From Eubacteriales bacterium (GTDB lineage: Bacteria > Bacillota > Clostridia > Oscillospirales > CAG-272): a DNA stretch of 43,378 nt. Both the position numbers and the translations under genes were made by a program. The DNA lies in assembly GCA_045536155.1 (NCBI GenBank), contig JAZSMZ010000067.1, positions 1 to 43,378 on the forward strand, in the 5' to 3' direction. The notes under the pieces are model-generated. The model was not told where the DNA came from and searched no databases. It saw only the letters and a list, made by a program, of their open reading frames with translations. This document shows, in pieces, positions 36,397 to 43,378 of this stretch (position 1 is the stretch's first letter; every line of letters starts with the position of its first letter).

Positions 36397-36516
36397 TTAA
36401 AAGATACTGCTTTCCAGACCGATTTCACCGTCGATGAAACCATCTCCGTCCGCAATTCTTTCTTGAATATCAAGAGAAACTATAATAACTTCAGGTTTTT
36501 CGTATTCTTTTTTCAT
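36397..36516 (-). CDS. 39-aa candidate RiPP precursor peptide (not in the ORF track)
   Basis: My translation is MKKEYEKPEVIIVSLDIQERIADGDGFIDGEIGLESSIF. An AGGAGG lies 10 nt upstream. It is translationally abutted to the kinase and carries a lasso-type Y-x-x-P-x-hydrophobic leader motif. Confidence 0.5.
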   Translation of the reverse strand: MKKEYEKPEVIIVSLDIQERIADGDGFIDGEIGLESSIF

Positions 36517-36533
36517 TCTATTGCATCCTCCTT

Positions 36534-39500
36534 TTAGTTTATTTCAGCAGAGGAGTTAACGCCTATGTTGGATACAACAACAGCCGAAACACCCAGAATA
36601 TTGTAACCTTCTGTACCGGTCAATGTTAATGTAAACATCTGTCCATATTTACCTCCAATGGGGTTATAGCTTTCGATATATTTTTTAACCATTTCATCGG
36701 TGAATACAAACTTTTGAGTGCCACCTTCTACATTTCCTGTCGCTTTCGACCATGAAACATGAATCTCAATGGAAACTCCGCTTACATTTTTACCTGTAGT
36801 CAACAGTTCATGTGTAGCTTCACTGAACAGGGGCTGGAACACATATTTACCATTGGATATCGCCACATTGAATTCAATCTCTACAAACTTATATCCATCT
36901 ACAGTACAAACAGGCATCTGCTCGTTGTTGTTGGCAAGTTTAATATTGTCTTTCTCTATAACAAGCAAGCCGGTCTTTTCGTCGCTACTGTCAATCACGT
37001 GGTTTCCGTTGAATGCTACGAGATATGCAGTTTCCAATGTCTTACCGTTCAGGTCTAAGGTTATACCCTTAGTGATCATTACGGTGCTTCCCACAGTATC
37101 TACTAGCAACTTAACAGTATCACCAGATTTCGCAGCGTCGAGTGCGGCTGCGAGGGTTTCATAGTAAGCGTCACCGATCTGAGCTACAGGGTCAAATATA
37201 TCTTCGGTGATAGTATCGCCGGAAATATTGATATGATGTCCTGTACCGCTACCGATATCGGAGCCGTCAGGCGTATTATTGTTCAGAATCAGCTTAACGG
37301 TGTTGCCTTCCTTTGCATCGCCGTTTGCTACACCGTCAAAGTAACCGATAAGGTAACCTACGATAGCATTACCGGTTACATTTGCCTTTTCAGAGGCGGT
37401 GTTGCCAAGGAGAGTAAGTTTTCCGGTGCTGTCAACAGTGTTCCAGTTGGTGGCAGGAAGCTCGGTGTTGACTTCACCGATGAGACCACCTGCGATTTCA
37501 GTTGCATAAACCTTACCGCTTGCAGAGCATCCGTTGAATTCAACAAATACACTCTTACCGTCACCGGACATACCGTTCTTACCGGCAAATCCACCGGCAA
37601 CAGTACCGGAGATGTCACCGGTTGCAGAGCAATCGGTAAAGGTGTACTTATGCGTAGAGTATGCCTGCGTAGCACCTACGAAGCCGCCTGCAATGCCGGT
37701 GCAAGTGATATCAACATCAGCAGAAGCATTGTAGTATTCACAAGCACGTCCTCCAACCTGACCTGCAAAACCACCGTAAATACCGTCAGCACCCTTGATA
37801 GTACCAGCAGCAGAGCATCCGTCGAAGCCCTTTACAGTACCTGCGGAGGTAGTACCGTTGTTCCATGCGATGAAGCCGCCGACAGTCTGAGAGGTTCCCT
37901 CAGCAGCGGTTACATCAAGACCGGTAACGTGGCAGTCTACGAAATAGTTGGAGTGGCTGTTGTAAGTATCGGAGCCGAAGAAGCCGCCGACCTCGGAGCC
38001 GGTGCCGTTCAGGGTGATCGTGATAGCGTCAACGTCACAGTCAACAAAGTAGTTCTGGAGAACGTATTCAGTACCGTCAATGATCTGAACAGTTCCTTCA
38101 AGCCAGTGTGCATTGTTACCTGTAACACCGGCATCCCAAACGTGTGCACGGCCGTATGCGGTGTGACCGCCGATGACGTTGCCGGTGCCGTTTACGGTGT
38201 AAACTGCATTCTTAACGTCAACATTGCCGAGCTGAGACTTCCATGCATAACCGGTTACGGAACCGATGAGACCATCGTTGCCGTTTGCAGTTACGTTGAT
38301 GCCGTCGATGGTGATGTCTTCGAGAACGTTCCAATACTGGAGGTTACCTGCGACTGCACCAACGCGTGCATTGTCTGCGCCAACGGTGAAGTTAACATCT
38401 TTGAGAGTGAAATCGTGGAGATAAGCCTTTTCAATCAGACCGAACAGACCCATGCGTGCGCCCTGAGTCTGGGTCAGATTGCTGATAGTATGGCTCTGAC
38501 CGTCGAACTCGCCTGCGAAGTATACGTCCTCGCCGCCGATGGGAGACCATTCGATACCTGCGAGGTCGATGTCCGCGTCGAGCGTAATGGTCTTGCCGGC
38601 GTACGTTTCGCCTGCGGTAACCAGTTCTGCAAATCTCAGCAGATCATCCTTGTTACGGATCACGAGATCCCATTCCTTGATGCCGTATGTGCCGTCGCCG
38701 TTGTCTTTAGCCATAAAGCCAAGTTCACAGCCGTTGGTTTCAGACTCAGCACTACCGTTTGCAGTATCAAAGAACTTGACATTTTCGGGATTGAAGTTGA
38801 TAAATGTACCGTCGGAGATGACCATCTTGGTAGCATCCTGATCAATACCTACACCGTTGTTGGTGGTAGGCTTGCTGGAGCCGTTCCAGCCCAGCAGATA
38901 ATCGGAATCCTTCTGCTCGAAGGTACCGCCGGTGATGTTCATTGTACCGCCGTGGGAGGGATACAGGAAGATGTTGCTTGCACCGCAGGTCTTACAAGGA
39001 TAATTCGTCCATGTACCACCTTCGATGGTGCCGACAGCATCTACGCCGACCACGTACATACCGGTACCCATGCCGTATACGTCGACCTTACCGGTACCGA
39101 CACTGTCCTTAACAGTGAAGCCGGAGGTTTCACCGGCATTACCGGTAATGGTTACCATGAACAGGGATACCTGACGCTTGTTGCAGTAGTCATCGTGATG
39201 TGCATCCCAGGTGATGCTGTGACCGTTCAGGTCAAGTACAACGCCGGGCTTGGTGATGTGGAACACAGCACCGTTGCCGTGTACTTCAGTGTACTTGCCG
39301 TTGCCGTTGGAGGGGAGCACGAGTGCATTGACAAGTTCGTAATCGGTGATAACGATATCCCGATCAAGGGTTACGTCGTTACCGGCAAGGAGTTCTGCCT
39401 TGATCCACTTGATGTAATCTATAGCCAGTGTATAAACACCGTCTGCATACTGAACCTTGTAACCTTCAACATTGGTAGTTACATTGAGACCTTCAGGAGC

Positions 39501-42500
39501 TGTCAGGGTTGCTGTAGCATCGGTCAGAATGATCTTATGACCGTTGCAGTTAAGTGTAAATTCGCCGCAGTCCAGAACAAGGTCTTTTCCGATATTGTTG
39601 ATTTCAACATCCTCGCTCAGTTCGACGTTTGCCAAAAGAGTGATGGGGCTGTCCTTCTGAGCAACAGCTGCTGCGAATGCCTCATCAATGGTGGCATAAC
39701 CAACTTTCTTGGGGGCGTAGTACGGACCGGTGGTCATGCCGGTATTGACATACGCGACTGCTCCGTCCTTAACAGTCCATGTGCCGTCGGTGGTGTTTGC
39801 AACAACGTAGCAGGTCTTGTCAACAACTGCTTCGTTGCTCCAATGCTGACGGTTGATATCAGCGTTGAAGGTACCACCGGTGATGAGTACATGGTGATCG
39901 CCTGCACCTAGAACATTGAAGATCCATGGCTTGCCGTTTTCACCTGTGCCTACATTACCGAGGGTGAAGGTACCATCCTTGACGGTAACTGCTGCGTCGG
40001 TGTAGCCGCCGGAGTAGACGAGGGAGTCGCTTGCCTTATCGAGCGTGTAAGTACCGTTTTCGATAATAATGGTGCAATCATCTTCATAGTTTGCAATCAG
40101 CGAGTAAACCTTATTTGTTGCGGTTACGTTTACAGTACCGTTGCCGGTGAGAGTCAAGTGACCGCCGTTATCGGTGGAGAATACACCAACCAGCATCGTG
40201 TTGGTTCCGGTGTATTCGCCGGAGATGGTCTTGCCGTTCAGGTCGATGGTTACGGACTTGCCTTCCACGAGGAAGTAGGTGTCGTAACTGCCGTCCAGAA
40301 CCTGCAGCTCGGTATTTGCAAGATCGATGTCAGCGAGAACAGTGATGGTATCGCCGTCCTGTGCAGCGTCGATTGCAGCCTGGATGCTGGTGTAGGTGGT
40401 GTCGCCGATCTTTGCAACGGGTTCATCGCCAATCCATTTTGCATAGTAGGTCTTTACGCTGCTGTTAAGCGCAGTGTATGCTTCGCCGGTAAGTTCAGCG
40501 TTGTCATACCAACCGCCGAATTCAGCGCCGTCCTTGTATGCAGTCTCAACGAGATGGAAATTGCCGCCGCCTGCTGCATCATCTACCAGAGCGGCATATT
40601 CGGGAGAAGTACCGCCGTTGAGGTAGTATGTGTAGCCGTTTACTGTATCGGTGAAATTGTCCATCTTTTCGAGGAACAGAATATTCTGTGCACCGCCAAC
40701 ATAGGTGTTGCCGATACCGCCGGTTACCGTTCCGGTGGAGGTGCTGTTGATCAGTTCTACAACACCGCCGTAAGAAATCAGACCGCCGGCATAAACAGCA
40801 GAGTTGGGGTTGTTCACAACAACGTTACCAGTGTTCTCGCAATCCTTTGCGATCAGCCATGCGCCTGCGGAATAGTAGCCTGCGCCAATACCGGCTGCAT
40901 GGGTTTCGCCGTTTGCCGTTACAGTGATCGTACCGGAGTTCTTACAACCGTCAAATACGATCTTCAGTCTCTGGCCGGCTGCCTGGTTGTGATCGCGGCC
41001 GAGAATACCGCCTGCGCTGGGTGCACCGCCGCCAAGGGAGGTGATGTCACCGGTGTTTACGCAGTTCTTGAAGGTAACCGTTCCGCGCATGGTAACCAGA
41101 TAGTTTCCTTCGCGGGCGCTGTTCATCAGACCGAGAATACCGCCTGCTTCGCGTGCTTCAGTGGTAACATCAGCAGCATTGGAGCAGTTTTCAATGGTAA
41201 TGTCAACTGCGGGCTGGCTCAGCTGAGAGTCCATATGACCGATCAGACCGCCCATGTTGTTGGAAGCCTTGACGGTACCGCTGAGAACGTGGCAGTTGGA
41301 AATTACACTTGTCTTTTCGTTTGCGGGGACGTAATAACCGATGAGAGCTGCAATGCCGGAACCGTAAACCTCGTTACCTGCACTGTCAGTGCGGGTTCCG
41401 CAGTCGATGTCAACATTTGCAAATTTTACATTGGAAATGTTCGCGCCGTATACATAACCAAACAGACCGAAGCTGTACTCGGTGCTGCCGGTTTCGGCGG
41501 AGTCGGGAATATAACCGTTAGAAGTCAGGCCGGTGATGGTGTGATTGTCGCCATCGAAGTTACCGGCAAACATCTTGACGCCGTCGGTAGTAGGAGTCTT
41601 ATCATAGTTGCTTGTACCGATCGGAATCCAAATTTCATTCGAAAGGTCAATGTCAGCAGTCAGCTTGACATACTGACCTGCATAAGTATTGCCTTCGTTG
41701 ACAGAATCACGGAATGCTTTGAGTTCCTTGAGATTGCTGATAATGAAAGGATCGGTTTCTGTACCGGAACCGGAAAGAACAATGTCTTCCTTAACGCTCC
41801 ATGTACCGTTCTTATTTACAGCCTTGTAGCCTTCAGCTACATATGTAGAAGGATCCTGGTCGAAGGTACCGCCGGTGATCGACATCGTACCGCTTACACC
41901 GAGGGTAGCATTCTTACCGCCGGAGAAGTTACCGCCGGTGATGGTAGCCTTAGCACCTGCCTGAACACAAACGGCAGAGCCGCTGTCCATGGTAGTGCCC
42001 TTCGGGCCAACGAATGTACCGGCGTTGATCGTTACATCGGCTGCGCCGGAAATGTTAACCGAATGACGGGTACCTGTTGTCGAAGTCAGCTTGTACTCGC
42101 CGCCTTCGATGGTTGCGATAACAGCACCGTCGATACGAACGCCGTGACGAGCGCTGGAAACATTCACGTCAGTCAGCGTGAGGCTGCCTGCGTTGATTTC
42201 GATTGCGCTGACGGAGGCATTGGTGTTCTTGATAGTACCGTTCTGAACAGTCAGATCTGCATTGGGAGCAAGAATGCTGCCGGTCAGAGTCTTGCCGTTG
42301 AGATCGAGAACAACAGTTGCGTCTGCAGGAACGTTTGCAGTTGCAGTTACGTTCTTAATCAGCGTAACAGTCTCGCCGTTCTTTGCAGCCTCAAATGCAT
42401 CTTCAAGGTCACAATAGGTTGTGAGACCAACATTAGCTACGGTGTAGTCTTTAGATGTACCGTTGTTGTTCGCATAGAACATGTCCATTACTTCTTTGCT

Positions 42501-43378
42501 GCCGAAGGTAATGGTTTCAAGTTTTTCATCATATGCGAAAATTTCGCTGGACTTTGTCCATGTGGGGTTGGAATGTGCGTTGAAATCCTTGAAGTAATCA
42601 ATATGATTTGTACCATGTACACTTACAAGAGTAGCAGGAAGTGTTGCATGCTTCAAATTGTGGCAGTTATTGAATACCCAAGCATGGAGATGTACAGGAC
42701 GGTCTGCGGGGAGTACAACCTCTTCAATAATGAGGTCTTTGAATGCGCCCTGTGCAATACACAGTTCCTCAGTTCCGCCTGCAGCAAAGGTCAGCTTTGT
42801 GAAGGTAGACTTCTGGAATGCTTCCTGACCGATATAAGTAACGGTGGAAGGAATTACCACTTCGCCGGTCAGGTTGGTAAAGCCCTGTGCAGTGAAGGAA
42901 CCGATAGAGGTAACGCCTTCTTCGATCACAAGCTTTTTAACCTTTGTGCGGTCATAAGGCCAGCCTTCTATTGCTTTACCTTCACCGGTGCTGTCATAAC
43001 GGACAGCTTCTCTCCAAGCACCGACTTCATAAGTCTTACCGCTGTTAGGATCAGCTACAGGAGTACCCTTGGTAGGTGCAATGGTGAGCGTACCGTCATC
43101 GGTCAGAGTCCAGTCGATACCGCCCCATGTGCCGCCTTCGTAAGCGGGAACCAAGCCGTAAAAGCCGGTTTCCTCATTCATTTCGAACTTAAAGCCATCG
43201 GCAATCTTGAGTTCCCCGTCAGTAGGATCAACAGTGAACGTACCGCCGGAAATTACCGTTTCATGCTTGCGACCATCATAAGAATTGAAGAAGTCATTAT
43301 AGCCTTCCATCACGAAGTGGCCACCATTAATATAGGTGTAATAGCCCTTTTTATTGCTGCTAGCAGTAAGGCCTTCTA
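36534..43378 (-). CDS. Giant secreted/surface protein (more than 2280 aa; N-terminus beyond the window) with BspA-type LRR, beta-helix-like GGTF modules and GLUG-motif regions
   Basis: The frame stays open upstream of the listed start to the window edge (EGLTASSNKKGYYTYINGGHFVMEGY...). LRR segment: IEEGVTSIGSFTAQGFTNLTGEVVIPSTVTYIGQEAF. GLUG-like segments: FGLFGYVYGANISNV, GGLIGHM, GGILGL. Several IGD.xY.T/S..AAL.AA..GDT..LL modules recur. Confidence 0.85.
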   Translation of the reverse strand, partial: EGLTASSNKKGYYTYINGGHFVMEGYNDFFNSYDGRKHETVISGGTFTVDPTDGELKIADGFKFEMNEETGFYGLVPAYEGGTWGGIDWTLTDDGTLTIAPTKGTPVADPNSGKTYEVGAWREAVRYDSTGEGKAIEGWPYDRTKVKKLVIEEGVTSIGSFTAQGFTNLTGEVVIPSTVTYIGQEAFQKSTFTKLTFAAGGTEELCIAQGAFKDLIIEEVVLPADRPVHLHAWVFNNCHNLKHATLPATLVSVHGTNHIDYFKDFNAHSNPTWTKSSEIFAYDEKLETITFGSKEVMDMFYANNNGTSKDYTVANVGLTTYCDLEDAFEAAKNGETVTLIKNVTATANVPADATVVLDLNGKTLTGSILAPNADLTVQNGTIKNTNASVSAIEINAGSLTLTDVNVSSARHGVRIDGAVIATIEGGEYKLTSTTGTRHSVNISGAADVTINAGTFVGPKGTTMDSGSAVCVQAGAKATITGGNFSGGKNATLGVSGTMSITGGTFDQDPSTYVAEGYKAVNKNGTWSVKEDIVLSGSGTETDPFIISNLKELKAFRDSVNEGNTYAGQYVKLTADIDLSNEIWIPIGTSNYDKTPTTDGVKMFAGNFDGDNHTITGLTSNGYIPDSAETGSTEYSFGLFGYVYGANISNVKFANVDIDCGTRTDSAGNEVYGSGIAALIGYYVPANEKTSVISNCHVLSGTVKASNNMGGLIGHMDSQLSQPAVDITIENCSNAADVTTEAREAGGILGLMNSAREGNYLVTMRGTVTFKNCVNTGDITSLGGGAPSAGGILGRDHNQAAGQRLKIVFDGCKNSGTITVTANGETHAAGIGAGYYSAGAWLIAKDCENTGNVVVNNPNSAVYAGGLISYGGVVELINSTSTGTVTGGIGNTYVGGAQNILFLEKMDNFTDTVNGYTYYLNGGTSPEYAALVDDAAGGGNFHLVETAYKDGAEFGGWYDNAELTGEAYTALNSSVKTYYAKWIGDEPVAKIGDTTYTSIQAAIDAAQDGDTITVLADIDLANTELQVLDGSYDTYFLVEGKSVTIDLNGKTISGEYTGTNTMLVGVFSTDNGGHLTLTGNGTVNVTATNKVYSLIANYEDDCTIIIENGTYTLDKASDSLVYSGGYTDAAVTVKDGTFTLGNVGTGENGKPWIFNVLGAGDHHVLITGGTFNADINRQHWSNEAVVDKTCYVVANTTDGTWTVKDGAVAYVNTGMTTGPYYAPKKVGYATIDEAFAAAVAQKDSPITLLANVELSEDVEINNIGKDLVLDCGEFTLNCNGHKIILTDATATLTAPEGLNVTTNVEGYKVQYADGVYTLAIDYIKWIKAELLAGNDVTLDRDIVITDYELVNALVLPSNGNGKYTEVHGNGAVFHITKPGVVLDLNGHSITWDAHHDDYCNKRQVSLFMVTITGNAGETSGFTVKDSVGTGKVDVYGMGTGMYVVGVDAVGTIEGGTWTNYPCKTCGASNIFLYPSHGGTMNITGGTFEQKDSDYLLGWNGSSKPTTNNGVGIDQDATKMVISDGTFINFNPENVKFFDTANGSAESETNGCELGFMAKDNGDGTYGIKEWDLVIRNKDDLLRFAELVTAGETYAGKTITLDADIDLAGIEWSPIGGEDVYFAGEFDGQSHTISNLTQTQGARMGLFGLIEKAYLHDFTLKDVNFTVGADNARVGAVAGNLQYWNVLEDITIDGINVTANGNDGLIGSVTGYAWKSQLGNVDVKNAVYTVNGTGNVIGGHTAYGRAHVWDAGVTGNNAHWLEGTVQIIDGTEYVLQNYFVDCDVDAITITLNGTGSEVGGFFGSDTYNSHSNYFVDCHVTGLDVTAAEGTSQTVGGFIAWNNGTTSAGTVKGFDGCSAAGTIKGADGIYGGFAGQVGGRACEYYNASADVDITCTGIAGGFVGATQAYSTHKYTFTDCSATGDISGTVAGGFAGKNGMSGDGKSVFVEFNGCSASGKVYATEIAGGLIGEVNTELPATNWNTVDSTGKLTLLGNTASEKANVTGNAIVGYLIGYFDGVANGDAKEGNTVKLILNNNTPDGSDIGSGTGHHINISGDTITEDIFDPVAQIGDAYYETLAAALDAAKSGDTVKLLVDTVGSTVMITKGITLDLNGKTLETAYLVAFNGNHVIDSSDEKTGLLVIEKDNIKLANNNEQMPVCTVDGYKFVEIEFNVAISNGKYVFQPLFSEATHELLTTGKNVSGVSIEIHVSWSKATGNVEGGTQKFVFTDEMVKKYIESYNPIGGKYGQMFTLTLTGTEGYNILGVSAVVVSNIGVNSSAEIN

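Larger units (their letters stand above)
28444..36533 (-). mobile_element. Integrated element with a large serine recombinase at its left end; right end not identified (it could lie near 35.0-35.4 kb, near 36.5 kb, or beyond the window)
   Basis: Abrupt shift to AT-rich composition at about 28.45 kb. The recombinase abuts a truncated host gene. Cargo is all minus-strand and mostly orphan. No matching spoVT 5' fragment lies in the window, so the extent is uncertain. Confidence 0.45.

Noticed and set aside
30211-36533. Search for the missing 5' spoVT exon (MKATGIVRRID.LGRVVIPKEIRR type) in every intergenic gap of the AT-rich block
   Set aside because: I found it in no frame that I translated by eye. 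The right end of the element therefore cannot be placed from this window.
37233-39911. 892-aa + strand ORF, together with other long ORFs antisense to the giant gene
   Set aside because: These are shadows of the repeat-rich, GC-biased third-position giant gene on the minus strand. No domains are present and the composition is Cys/Val-rich.
1-43378. CRISPR arrays, rRNA genes, IS elements or transposases, DGR or retron-like reverse transcriptases
   Set aside because: I saw no regularly spaced direct repeats, no rRNA-like sequence and no transposase or RT motifs in any frame.

Overview
The window looks like chromosome from a spore-forming Clostridia-type Firmicute: it carries spo0A, a spoVT fragment, a clostridial 2x[4Fe-4S] ferredoxin, and TTGACA-17-TATAAT promoters. 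Positions 1-27.9 kb are mostly housekeeping or core-accessory genes. These include a membrane-tethered ECF-type sigma factor, acyl-ACP thioesterase, fba, mazF, lnt, rluD-like, rsmI, a tRNA m6A methyltransferase, ferredoxin and radC carrying an in-frame TAG. They continue with nrdR, an acyl-CoA/ACP ligase plus ACP, a NERD protein, a CofE-like protein, spo0A, tRNA-Lys, a metal ABC transporter, trxA, cls, two AraC regulators, yfcE and a GH172/DUF2961 enzyme. At about 28.44 kb the composition turns sharply AT-rich. There a complete large serine recombinase ORF runs in frame into the 3' two-thirds of spoVT, which indicates a mobile element inserted in this sporulation regulator. All cargo is on the minus strand: four poorly characterised genes (one with an AP2-type DNA-binding domain), a repeat-bearing lipoprotein and a VanZ protein. 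Further right sits a compact RiPP-like trio: an unlisted 39-aa peptide with a lasso-type YxxPx-hydrophobic leader, an HPr-kinase-like P-loop protein and a PqqD/RRE protein. No cyclase or protease is present in cis. The window ends inside a surface protein gene of more than 2280 aa (BspA-type LRR, beta-helix and GLUG modules). No CRISPR array, rRNA or transposase was seen. Coordinates I derived by hand counting may be off by 1 nt.
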